NCBI GenBank assembly: GCA_900544205.1
Contig: UQUG01000001.1
Coordinates: forward strand, 10,612 to 74,611
Origin: an uncultured Collinsella sp.
Lineage (GTDB): Bacteria > Actinomycetota > Coriobacteriia > Coriobacteriales > Coriobacteriaceae
DNA length: 64,000 nucleotides
Direction of reading: 5' to 3'
The position numbers were made by a program, and so were the translations under genes. Under the pieces are notes generated by a model, which saw nothing but the letters and a program-made list of their open reading frames with translations, was not told the origin of the DNA and did no database searches. Positions 35,870-44,836 of the stretch are shown one piece after another. Position 1 is the stretch's first letter. Each line of letters starts with the position of its first letter.

Positions 35870-36000
35870 CTAGGGCCTGGCCGGGCGGCACAGGTTAACT
35901 TTTCGTAGATTCCGCACGCAAAGAAAGCCACTTAATGTGGCTTTCGTCTTGCGCAGGACCTGACCGAGCGAAAAGTTATCCTGTGCCGCCCGGCCAGGCC
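35870..36000. repeat. Long extended imperfect hairpin (~130 nt) between polA and the Cof hydrolase gene
   Basis: Outer arms GGGCCTGGCCGGGCGGCACAGG..TTAACTTTTCG / CGAAAAGTTA..CCTGTGCCGCCCGGCCAGGCCC. Inner hairpin AAAGCCACTTAATGTGGCTTT. Confidence 0.45.
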
Positions 36001-36011
36001 CGATGGGACGG

Positions 36012-36839
36012 CTACCGGGCCGCCAAGATAGCGTCGATGAGCGTCAGTACGCCCCCGTCGTTGTTGCTCGGAATGCGCCACTTGGCGTGCGCGTTCATGT
36101 GCTCCTCGGCATTGTCCACGATAAAGCTATGCCCGACGCGCTCCAGCATGGGGATGTCGTTGTAGGTATCGCCCACGGCGGCAGCATCGGCAATATCGAT
36201 GCCCAGGTGCTCGCACAGGTGAGCGACGCCGACGCCCTTGTCGACGCCCAGGTTCATAAAGTCGATCCACTCGCGCCCAGCGTTGGTGACGTAGAGTTTG
36301 TCCGAGAACTCGGGGCTATAGGTCTCGCGGAAAGCGGGCTCGGCGTCGTAGCCGGGGAAGAAGACCGAAATCTTGTTGGACTCGAAATCAATGCCCTCAA
36401 AGCTGTCTACGTAGTTGATTGTGTTGTAGTAGACGCTGATCTCGTCGTGGTATTGATGGTCGCGGGCAAGCACGTAGAACTCGTCGAAGCAGCACAGGAC
36501 GGGGACAGCGCGAGGATCCTCCGAGGCACGGTTCAAGACCTGCTGATACAGCTCCACGTCAATATTGCTTTTATAGATATAGCTGCCGCGATAGATCACG
36601 CAAGCTCCGTTGTCGGGACAAAAGGCGAGGCGGTTCTTGATGCCCTCGAACATCTCCTCGAGCTTGGGGGCGGGACGTCCGCTGGCGGGGCAGAATACGA
36701 TGCCGGCGTCGGCGAGCTTGTCCAGGCGCTCATCAAGACCCTGGGGCAGCACACGCTCGTCGGTCAGCAGCGTCTTGTCCATATCGACGGCGAGAATCTT
36801 AATGTTGCCGATGTTGGCGTCCGATTCGTAAGTTTGCAT
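36012..36839 (-). CDS. Cof-type HAD-IIB family hydrolase (sugar phosphatase)
   Basis: KILAVDMDKTLL...GRP...signatures, 275 aa. SD AAAGGCG. Confidence 0.75.
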   Translation of the reverse strand: MQTYESDANIGNIKILAVDMDKTLLTDERVLPQGLDERLDKLADAGIVFCPASGRPAPKLEEMFEGIKNRLAFCPDNGACVIYRGSYIYKSNIDVELYQQVLNRASEDPRAVPVLCCFDEFYVLARDHQYHDEISVYYNTINYVDSFEGIDFESNKISVFFPGYDAEPAFRETYSPEFSDKLYVTNAGREWIDFMNLGVDKGVGVAHLCEHLGIDIADAAAVGDTYNDIPMLERVGHSFIVDNAEEHMNAHAKWRIPSNNDGGVLTLIDAILAAR

Positions 36840-37113
36840 AAAAATGCGCCTTTCGTTTCGAGATTGTTTCAGACGTTATAACCATCAACTAGTAGTCGAG
36901 CGTATTTTCGCAGGAATGGTGCGTATTTGCACCACGCTTCACAAAGTAATGAAAAAACTTTTCAGAAATTTGAATTTGTCGCTTGTGCTGCGGGCACTTT
37001 AGCGTAATATAGCGACCATCGAAAACGGAGACGGAAAAACAACCGCTTACCGAGTAAAAGGTACCGTTTACGATATTTGAATTGCGCCCGGCGATACGTG
37101 AAAGGAGAGGCAG

Positions 37114-37188
37114 ATGCAGTTCGTAAAGATCATCACCACTGCAGACAATGCCATCCGACGCCAGCGCGCAATTTCCCGACGACGATAA
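37114..37188 (+). CDS. Candidate leader mini-ORF, 24 codons, Arg-codon-rich (RRQRAISRRR)
   Basis: Strong SD GAAAGGAGAGG 6 nt before the ATG. Ends with three consecutive CGA codons then TAA. Lies ~200 nt upstream of argG, followed by small hairpins. Confidence 0.3.
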   Translation: MQFVKIITTADNAIRRQRAISRRR

Positions 37189-37393
37189 CAATCGTCTCTG
37201 TCCGCATGGGGCGAATTGCCTCAACAGAGTCATTTTGAGGTCGTTGGGTTTTAGCACGACATTGCTGCATGTTTCTAGGGCATGTATGTGCTGATTTTTG
37301 CTATTTAACCTGATATTGCACGGTATATGACCTTGAAATGACTTGCAACTGACCGATGTTCTAACTAGCTACCAAGGGCGAAAGGAAACAGCC

Positions 37394-38620
37394 ATGAGCA
37401 AGGAAAAAGTCGTTCTCGCATATTCCGGTGGTCTTGATACATCCGTATGTGTCAAGTGGCTCCAGGACGAGAAGAATCTCGATGTCGTTTGCGTCTGCGG
37501 CAACGTGGGCCAGGAAGAGACCGGACTGGATGCCAAGAAGCAGAAGGCGCTCGACCTGGGCGTTCTCGATTGCCAGGTGCTCGACCTGCGCGACGAGTTC
37601 TCCGATGAGTTCCTGACCAAAGCCATCGCCGCAAACTCCATGTACGAGAATAAGTATCCGCTGCTCTCCGCCCTGTCTCGCCCGCTGCTTGCCAAGAAGC
37701 TTGTTGAGGTCGCCCACGAGTTTGGCGCGACCTACGTCGCCCACGGCTGCACTGGCAAAGGTAACGATCAGGTCCGTTTTGAGGCCGCCGTCAAGGCCCT
37801 CGACCCCGAGCTCAAGGTTATCGCCCCGGTTCGCGAGTGGGACCTGAAGTGCCGTCCCGACGAGGTCGCCTATGCCCACGCCCACAACGTGCCGGTTCCC
37901 GAGGGTGCCAACGACAACCCCTACTCCATCGACGACAACCTGTGGGGTCGCGCCATCGAGTGCGGTCACCTGGAGGACCCTTGGAATGAGCCGCTCGATG
38001 ACGCTTGGGTTATGACCAAGAACCCCGAGGACACGCCTGACACCCCGACCTATACCGAGATCGAGTTTGAGGCCGGCAAGCCTGTCGCCGTCGACGGCAA
38101 GAAGATGAAGCTCTCCGAGATCGTCATCGCCCTCAACAAGATTTCGGGCGACAACGGCTTTGGCCGTCTTGACCTGGTCGAGGATCGTCTGGTGGGCCTC
38201 AAGAGCCGCGAGTGCTATGAGGTTCCCGGCGCCCTGACGCTCATCACCGCCCACAAGGCGCTCGAGGACATCTGCGTCGAGGGCGACCTGCTCAAGACCA
38301 AGATCAAGCTCGAGCAGGATTGGGCCACCGCCGTGTACAACGGCCAGTGGTACAGCCCGCTCAAGAACGCGCTCGACGCCTTTATGGCCGATACCCAGAA
38401 GTTCGTGACCGGCACTGTCCGTCTGAAGTTCTTTAAGGGCAACTGCCATGTCGTCGGCCGCAAGAGTCCCTTCAGCCTCTACGACTACGGCCTGGCTACC
38501 TACGACCGCGACACCACGTTTGACGAGAAGGCCAGCGCCGGCTTTATCGAGATCGATACGCTGTCGCTCAAGACGTGGGCAAAGGTCCAGGGCCCCAGCT
38601 CTGCTGCTGCCCAGGCCTAG
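37394..38620 (+). CDS. argG: Argininosuccinate synthase
   Basis: VLAYSGGLDTS N-terminal signature. 408 aa. Confidence 0.9.
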   Translation: MSKEKVVLAYSGGLDTSVCVKWLQDEKNLDVVCVCGNVGQEETGLDAKKQKALDLGVLDCQVLDLRDEFSDEFLTKAIAANSMYENKYPLLSALSRPLLAKKLVEVAHEFGATYVAHGCTGKGNDQVRFEAAVKALDPELKVIAPVREWDLKCRPDEVAYAHAHNVPVPEGANDNPYSIDDNLWGRAIECGHLEDPWNEPLDDAWVMTKNPEDTPDTPTYTEIEFEAGKPVAVDGKKMKLSEIVIALNKISGDNGFGRLDLVEDRLVGLKSRECYEVPGALTLITAHKALEDICVEGDLLKTKIKLEQDWATAVYNGQWYSPLKNALDAFMADTQKFVTGTVRLKFFKGNCHVVGRKSPFSLYDYGLATYDRDTTFDEKASAGFIEIDTLSLKTWAKVQGPSSAAAQA

Positions 38621-38773
38621 CGCCTCCTTCCCTTGGTATCCGCGCGGCCCATCCGCGTGATACATAACGGGCGCACGGGGTCCCTACCTTTCGTTATGCT
38701 TGCTGACACTTCTTAACATCGGTGGCCCCTACGTTCCGCCCGCATATATGATGCCGCGTCTGCGGCTGAGTCC

Positions 38774-38815
38774 GAGCCCCGCCGGGGTTGTCCGGCGGGG
38801 CTCCTTCTATCAATT
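38774..38815 (+). terminator. Hairpin after argG
   Basis: GAGCCCCGCCGG-GGTTGTC-CCGGCGGGGCTC followed by CTTCTATCAATTT. Confidence 0.45.
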
Positions 38816-38853
38816 TGGCGGCTCTGTGCCTATATATATGAGGAGTATCCATT

Positions 38854-39024
38854 ATGTTCAATGCTATCGCGCATGCTTTGCTTGCCCTCGCGCCCGAGTT
38901 CGATGCTGTAAGGGTCGAGGACGTTCCTATGAGCCTGAAGGCCTGGATCGATGGTTCGCAGGGCAACATCCGGAGGGAGACGTTGGGCGCCAAGTGCATG
39001 GCGCGTCACTTCTTTGCAAATTAG
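38854..39024 (+). CDS. Small hypothetical protein (56 aa) between argG and argH
   Basis: GAGGAG SD 8 nt upstream of the ATG. AT-rich upstream stretch CTATATATATG. Confidence 0.3.
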   Translation: MFNAIAHALLALAPEFDAVRVEDVPMSLKAWIDGSQGNIRRETLGAKCMARHFFAN

Positions 39025-39142
39025 CCACATGGCACCGCACACGGTGGGGAATGTGTAAAACTAGCGGTTGAAAAATCGCTTTAGCGATATGGCGCATTGC
39101 TTTGGGCGCTTGTTTTGGTATTTGGAGAAAGGGGACGGTTCC

Positions 39143-40573
39143 ATGGCTCTTTGGGGCGGTCGTTTTGAGGCAGGCGTGGCCGAGGTCACGCAGGAGTTTG
39201 GCGCGTCGCTGCCGGTCGACAAACATCTCTATAAGCAGGATATCGCCGGCTCTAAGGCGCATGCCAAAATGCTGGCGGCCCAGGGCATCATCAGTGCCGA
39301 GGACGAGCAGGCGATTGCCAAGGGCCTGACCGAAATCGAACAGGATATCGATGCCGGCAACTTCACCTTCGATATCAACGATGAGGACATTCATATGTCC
39401 ATCGAGAGCGAGCTGACGCGTCGCATCGGCGAGGCTGGCAAGCGCTTGCATACTGGGCGTTCGCGCAACGACCAGGTGGCGACCGATACGCGCCTGGGCG
39501 TCAAGGCGCTGGCCAAGGAGCTCATGGAGGCCAATCTTGAGCTGCGCCATGTGCTGGTGGATGCGGCCAAGAAGTACGACAAGGTGATTCTGCCGGGCTA
39601 CACGCACATGCAACATGCTCAGCCCGTGCTGCTGTCGCATCACCTGCTGGCGTATTCCTGGATGTTCGCGCGCGACTTTACGCGTTTGAAGGCCGCCTTT
39701 GATGCTGCCGACAACTGCCCGCTGGGTGCCGCTGCGCTTGCCGGTACGAGCTATCCGCTCGATCGCCAGATGACGGCTGCCGAACTTGGCTTTGCGGGCG
39801 CGATCCCCAACTCGCTCGATGCCGTTTCCGACCGTGATTTTCTGCTCGATCTGCATTACGCCGGATCCGTCATGGCGATGCACCTGTCGCGTCTTTCCGA
39901 GGAGATCGTACTGTGGTCGAGCTCCGAATTTGGCTTTATCACGCTTTCCGACTCGTACTCCACTGGCTCGTCCATCATGCCGCAGAAGAAGAACCCCGAC
40001 TTTGCCGAGCTTATCCGCGGCAAGAGCGGTCGCGTGTACGGCAACCTGGTGCAGCTGCTGGTAACCATGAAGGGCCTGCCGCTTGCTTATAACAAGGACT
40101 TGCAGGAGGACAAGGAGGGCGCGCTCGATACCGCCCATACGCTCATGCAGTGCCTGTCCGTTATGGCCGGAATGATTTCGACTTGGACCGTCAACGAGGA
40201 TGCCATGGCGCGCGAGTGCGGCGTGGGGCACCTTGCCGCCACCGATGTTGCCGATTACCTGGCCAAGCGTGGCCTGCCGTTCCGCGAGGCACATGCCGTG
40301 GTGGGCCATCTGGTCCTGATGTGCGAGAAGCGCGGCTGCAATCTTGAGGACCTGCCGTTTGAGGTGTTCCAGGAGGCAAGCCCGCTCTTTGAGCGCGATA
40401 TTACCGAGGCGCTCGATATCCCGTCGATTGTCGCCGCGCGCACGACCGAGGGCGGCACCGCTCCTGCCGCCGTTGCCGTGCAGTTGCAGCGTGCCGAGGC
40501 ACAGCTCGTGGCTGACGAGGGCGTGTTTGGATCGCTGACCAAGGTCGTCGAGATGGGTCACGGGGCAAAGTAG
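39143..40573 (+). CDS. argH: Argininosuccinate lyase
   Basis: MALWGGRFE... and the GSSIMPQKKNPD signature. Confidence 0.9.
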   Translation: MALWGGRFEAGVAEVTQEFGASLPVDKHLYKQDIAGSKAHAKMLAAQGIISAEDEQAIAKGLTEIEQDIDAGNFTFDINDEDIHMSIESELTRRIGEAGKRLHTGRSRNDQVATDTRLGVKALAKELMEANLELRHVLVDAAKKYDKVILPGYTHMQHAQPVLLSHHLLAYSWMFARDFTRLKAAFDAADNCPLGAAALAGTSYPLDRQMTAAELGFAGAIPNSLDAVSDRDFLLDLHYAGSVMAMHLSRLSEEIVLWSSSEFGFITLSDSYSTGSSIMPQKKNPDFAELIRGKSGRVYGNLVQLLVTMKGLPLAYNKDLQEDKEGALDTAHTLMQCLSVMAGMISTWTVNEDAMARECGVGHLAATDVADYLAKRGLPFREAHAVVGHLVLMCEKRGCNLEDLPFEVFQEASPLFERDITEALDIPSIVAARTTEGGTAPAAVAVQLQRAEAQLVADEGVFGSLTKVVEMGHGAK

Positions 40574-40958
40574 AGGTTTGGCTGAAGCCGTTTTGGCCAT
40601 GTATTGATAAATCGTTTTCGCTTTACGGGCGCCTGCTGATGTGGGAGCCCGTATTTTGTTGCTATGGGGGAGGGGCTTGTCGAGAACTTCTGTAGGACCT
40701 TTGGGCAGGTTGTGAAGGGGATACGTTCGCGGGCGGCAACCGACCGCCTGCTCTGTTCGGCGCGGTTGATGGGCGGTCGGATGGTACTCTAATCGGGCTT
40801 CGAAACAGAAGTGACACATATGGAGCGCTTTAATAAATTGCAACGTTTCAATAAACAGCTTTTTGTTTAACTGCAGCTAAAACTCTGTTACGATGCAGTC
40901 CAGGCGGGTGCCGGAATGGGACTTGGGCACGCGCGAACCTACTTGAAAGGCTACTTTT

Positions 40959-41363
40959 ATGGCTATCGAGAAGACCTTCATCATGATTAAGCCCGACGCC
41001 GTGCGCGACCGCAAGATCGGCGAGATCGTTGCTCGCATTGAGCGCAGCGGCCTTGTCATCGAGCACATGGAGATGACCACGCTCGAGCGCGCTACCGTCG
41101 AGGAGCACTACGCCCATCTGGCCGACAAGCCCTTCTTTGGCGGTCTCTGCGACTTTATGACGAGCGGTCCGGTCGTCAAGATGGTCGTTTCCGGTCTCTC
41201 CGCTGTTGCTAAGATGCGCACCCTCATGGGCGCTACCAACCCGCTTGAGGCTGCTCCTGGTACCATCCGCGGCGACTTTGCCGTCGATGTCAACGCCAAC
41301 GTGATCCACGGCTCCGACTGCCTGGAGAACGCCGAGATTGAGATCAAGCGCTTCTTTGGCTAA
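40959..41363 (+). CDS. ndk: Nucleoside diphosphate kinase
   Basis: ERTFIMIKPD-type N-terminus and the NVIHGSD active-site His motif. Confidence 0.9.
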   Translation: MAIEKTFIMIKPDAVRDRKIGEIVARIERSGLVIEHMEMTTLERATVEEHYAHLADKPFFGGLCDFMTSGPVVKMVVSGLSAVAKMRTLMGATNPLEAAPGTIRGDFAVDVNANVIHGSDCLENAEIEIKRFFG

Positions 41364-41402
41364 ACCAGCTTTGACTCCTTAAAGCTGTTAGCGTGTGGCT
41401 TG

Positions 41403-41437
41403 GGCGCCGCGTAACTCCATCCGCGGCGCCCTTTTAT
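41403..41437 (+). terminator. Intrinsic terminator after ndk
   Basis: GGCGCCGCG...CGCGGCGCC followed by CTTTTATT. A second hairpin at 41451-41489 probably serves convergent rpiB. Confidence 0.55.
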
Positions 41438-41514
41438 TCCAAAATCTATGCAGGGGCCCGCTCGGACATGTGTTCCGAGCGGGCCCCTGCTGTTAGCTTG
41501 TGGCACTGAATAGT

Positions 41515-41982
41515 TTAGGCTTCGTCGACGATCTTAAGGGCGCGCGTGTGATCGATCTCGTTGAGGAGGTTAACGCGACGCTCGTGACGACCGCCCTCAA
41601 ACTCGGCGTCGAGCCACTCGTCGACGATCATCTTGGCGAGCTCGGAGCCCACGACGCGGGCGCCAAAAGCGAGCACGTTGGTATTGTTGTGCATGCGGGA
41701 GAGCTTGGCGCTGAAGGGCTCGGAGCACACGACGGCGCGTACGCCCTCGACCTTGTTGGCAGCCAGGCTGATACCGACGCCGGTGCCACAGATCAGGATG
41801 CCTAGATCGACGTCGCCGTTGGCAACGGCCTTACCCACCTTGTAGCCGGCGATGGGGTAGTCAAAGCTCTCGGAGGTGTCGGTGCCAAAGTTCACGACCT
41901 CGCAGCCGCGCTCCTTCAGGTGCTCGGAGATGATGTTCTTGAGCTCGACGGCGGCGTGGTCGTTACCGATACCGATCTTCAT
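41515..41982 (-). CDS. rpiB: Ribose-5-phosphate isomerase B (RpiB/LacAB family)
   Basis: MKIGIGNDHAAVELK...ICGTGVGISLAANK pattern. Confidence 0.85.
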   Translation of the reverse strand: MKIGIGNDHAAVELKNIISEHLKERGCEVVNFGTDTSESFDYPIAGYKVGKAVANGDVDLGILICGTGVGISLAANKVEGVRAVVCSEPFSAKLSRMHNNTNVLAFGARVVGSELAKMIVDEWLDAEFEGGRHERRVNLLNEIDHTRALKIVDEA

Positions 41983-42253
41983 GGATAGTTCCTCTCTGGT
42001 CTGTGCGGCGAGATTGCTAAAGGTTTTACCGCGTTCGACTGCATGATAGCGCGACTTTTGTGTAAACGCTTGGGCGTTTTTTGGTCAAACGCTTTAGCAT
42101 GCAACAAGACCGGTTTCTCATGAATGAATGCCGTCAGTTTGCGCCTGAATGCCGTCTACCGGAACCTGGGTTGCGGTTTTTGATGCATTGTTATCAAATA
42201 AAAGAGCTAATTATTATTGAGAGCCCAGCCCGTTATACAAGTAGGAGATACCT

Positions 42254-43573
42254 ATGCCTGCCGATTCCCTTCGTGATGCCGCGTTTTGCGATGTTTTGAA
42301 CCGCGAACTTGTTTGTGCACTCGGCTGCACCGAGCCCATTGCCGTTGCTTATGCAGCGGCGCTGGCGAGCCAGACGCTCGGTTGCGAACCCGATCATATG
42401 GATGTTGCCTGCTCGGGCAACATCATCAAGAACGTCAAGAGCGTGACCGTGCCCAACTCGGGCGGTATGCACGGTATTGAGGCCGCGGCCGTGCTGGGTG
42501 CCGTGGGCGGCGACGCCAAGAGCGCGCTCGAGGTGCTCGAGAGCGTCGATGACGCGGACCGCGCCCGCGTGGCCGAGCTGCTTGCCGATGCGGACTACTG
42601 CGATGTGTCGCTTGTCGAGGGTGTGCCCAACCTCTACATCAAGGTGACTGCGACGGCCGGGGGCCATACCGCGGTCGTCGAGATTACCGATCACCACACT
42701 AATGTCACGTGCCATACGCTCGACGGTATTCCGGTATGCGGTAAGTCGGCGGGGGAGTGCGCCGCCTGCGCCGAGCGCGTGGTGGCCGAGCGTGCGGCAG
42801 ATAACGCCGACACGCCCATGTCGATCGAGACCATCATCGACTTTATCGAGGACGGTGACATTGAGGACGCCCGCGCTGCCGTTGAGCGTCAGATTGAGCT
42901 GAATGGCGCGATCAGTGCCGAGGGTCTCGCGCACGCTTGGGGCGCCGAGGTGGGCCGTACGCTGCTGGGTGCTCGTGCCGATGACGTCGCCTGCCGCGCC
43001 CGTGCCCGTGCGGCCGCCGGGTCCGACGCCCGCATGAACGGTTGCGCGCTGCCGGTCGCCATTGTGTGCGGCTCGGGCAATCAGGGCATTACCTGCGCAT
43101 TGCCCGTCATGGAGTATGCCGAGTACCTGCGTTGCGACCACGAGCGCCTGGTGCGCGCCGTGATGCTGTCCGATCTTATCGCCGTGCATATCAAGAGCTA
43201 TATTGGTGCGCTTTCGGCGTTTTGCGGTGCTATTTGCGCTGCGTGCGGCGCCGGCGCTGCGATTACCTGGCTGTGCGGTGGCACGCGCGAACAGATTGGC
43301 GCGACCGTCTCGAACACGCTCGGTAACGTGGGCGGCATCGTGTGCGACGGCGCCAAGGCGAGCTGTGCCGCCAAGATCTCGGCTGCCGTCGATGCGGCGA
43401 TTCTGGGCCATGATATGGCCATGCAGGGTCGCGGCTTCCGCGCCGGCGAGGGCCTGATCCAAGATACCGTTGAGCAAACAATCGCCAGTATGGGCTACGT
43501 AGGCCGCGTGGGCATGAAGGACACCGACATCGAGATCCTCAACATCATGATCGGCAAAACCCAGGTGTGCTAG
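42254..43573 (+). CDS. UPF0597/YhaM-like L-cysteine desulfidase family protein
   Basis: MPAD...LNRELVCALGCTEPIAVAYAAA N-terminus is typical of the YhaM/serine-dehydratase-like family. 439 aa. Confidence 0.6.
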   Translation: MPADSLRDAAFCDVLNRELVCALGCTEPIAVAYAAALASQTLGCEPDHMDVACSGNIIKNVKSVTVPNSGGMHGIEAAAVLGAVGGDAKSALEVLESVDDADRARVAELLADADYCDVSLVEGVPNLYIKVTATAGGHTAVVEITDHHTNVTCHTLDGIPVCGKSAGECAACAERVVAERAADNADTPMSIETIIDFIEDGDIEDARAAVERQIELNGAISAEGLAHAWGAEVGRTLLGARADDVACRARARAAAGSDARMNGCALPVAIVCGSGNQGITCALPVMEYAEYLRCDHERLVRAVMLSDLIAVHIKSYIGALSAFCGAICAACGAGAAITWLCGGTREQIGATVSNTLGNVGGIVCDGAKASCAAKISAAVDAAILGHDMAMQGRGFRAGEGLIQDTVEQTIASMGYVGRVGMKDTDIEILNIMIGKTQVC

Positions 43574-43574
43574 T

Positions 43575-43606
43575 TACGCGGTTTTACCAAACCGCGTAAC
43601 CAGTCG
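43575..43606 (+). terminator. Hairpin after the YhaM-like gene
   Basis: TTACGCGGTTT-TACC-AAACCGCGTAA. Confidence 0.45.
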
Positions 43607-43607
43607 A

Positions 43608-43718
43608 CGCTGCAAATGCCCCTAAGCGGCAATCTGCCTTTCAATCGTCGGGCATGGCCAGAAGGCCTATGCCCTCCTCTTTCAAGGCACATTGCTCGCT
43701 TAGGGGCATTTTCGCTGA
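43608..43718 (+). repeat. Structured intergenic element, copy 1 (conserved core GCGGCAATCTGCCTTTCAA...GGGCATG.CCA.AAGG.C.ATGCCC...TCTTTCAAGGCAC.TTGCTCGC with covarying outer stem)
   Basis: Outer stem AATGCCCCTAAGCG/CGCTTAGGGGCATT. Second copy at 46698-46812. Confidence 0.5.
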
Positions 43719-43762
43719 CTTGTGCTCAACCTGCGGCGATATTTGGTTTGGAGCGAGGGGTC

Positions 43763-44521
43763 CTACGACAGTTCGTCGGCTACTTGGTGTTCGTAGAAGG
43801 CTTCGATTACGGCGTTAAAGTCGCGGGCGAAGTCTTCCATGGTTCCGCGCCAGGTGGCTCGGCCGGGTTTTCCCTGGCCAACATAGGCAGTTTGAATGCC
43901 GCAGGCGGGACTGGGGAAGTCGCGCTTGGGATCGTTGCCCACCATAAGGACCTCGTGTGGCTCGAGTCCCATCACCTGAAGCTGCTCTAGATAGTAGGTG
44001 GCATCGGGCTTGCAGCGGGTGGTGTTTCCCATGTGCGTGACGAGCTCAAAGGGAGCGTCGGCCAGGTCGCCCCAACCCATGCGGCACTCGATGGCCCCTT
44101 GGGGAAAGCTGGGGTTGGTAAAGAGCGCGCAACGCAGCCCTGCGTCCTGTACGGCCTGGAGCGCGGCGTGTGCTCCCGGCATGGCGTGGGCGTTAATGAC
44201 CTCGTCGTTCTTGTACGGAAGAACTTCGCGGTCATAGTAGGTAAACGCCTCGTAGATGAGGGGATCGGAGAGGCAGATCCCGCATCGGCGCTCGACCTCT
44301 TCTTGGTAAAACTCAAGATTGGTGCGGTTGTCCGTGCCGCTGCGGCGATTGGCGTTGAGGTCGACCAGGATGGTGCCGAGGCGCGCCATCGTGCCACCGC
44401 GGCTGCGGCGCCCGATATCCGCGAGCATCGAAGAGACATCCTTAAAATAGCGAAGGATGAACGCGTTGAGGTTGATGCTGAGAAGCGTTTCGTCCATATC
44501 GAAAACGACTGCTTTGAGCAC
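43763..44521 (-). CDS. HAD-family hydrolase
   Basis: VVFDMDETLL motif I and GNDPKRD motif. 252 aa. Confidence 0.7.
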   Translation of the reverse strand: MLKAVVFDMDETLLSINLNAFILRYFKDVSSMLADIGRRSRGGTMARLGTILVDLNANRRSGTDNRTNLEFYQEEVERRCGICLSDPLIYEAFTYYDREVLPYKNDEVINAHAMPGAHAALQAVQDAGLRCALFTNPSFPQGAIECRMGWGDLADAPFELVTHMGNTTRCKPDATYYLEQLQVMGLEPHEVLMVGNDPKRDFPSPACGIQTAYVGQGKPGRATWRGTMEDFARDFNAVIEAFYEHQVADELS

Positions 44522-44836
44522 GCGGGCACCTTTCTCGAAAAATCGATCTAGAATCGTTGGCTCCGGATACTTTACCCCAAAGCCGAATGCCTAGCTGGTT
44601 ATCGTCAAGTTGCGGAGACGTGTGTTCATAAGATTACGAAAAAGTCTCCACACGAGTAAAAAATCGCAGTTCACGCTTGAAATCGAACTCATTTCCCCGT
44701 AACCTATACGAACGTGATTGCATAAGCGTCACATTAGTATCTGTCGGCTCCCGAGTGTTCCTAAACGTTGTGTGCTTGTCGCACCCTTCTGTAGGTCCTA
44801 GCAATCGGGGCCCCGTAGTTCGAAAGGGGTCCACCT

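Noticed and set aside
38927-40843. 638-aa minus-strand ORF
   Set aside because: Antisense to argH, whose identity is unambiguous.
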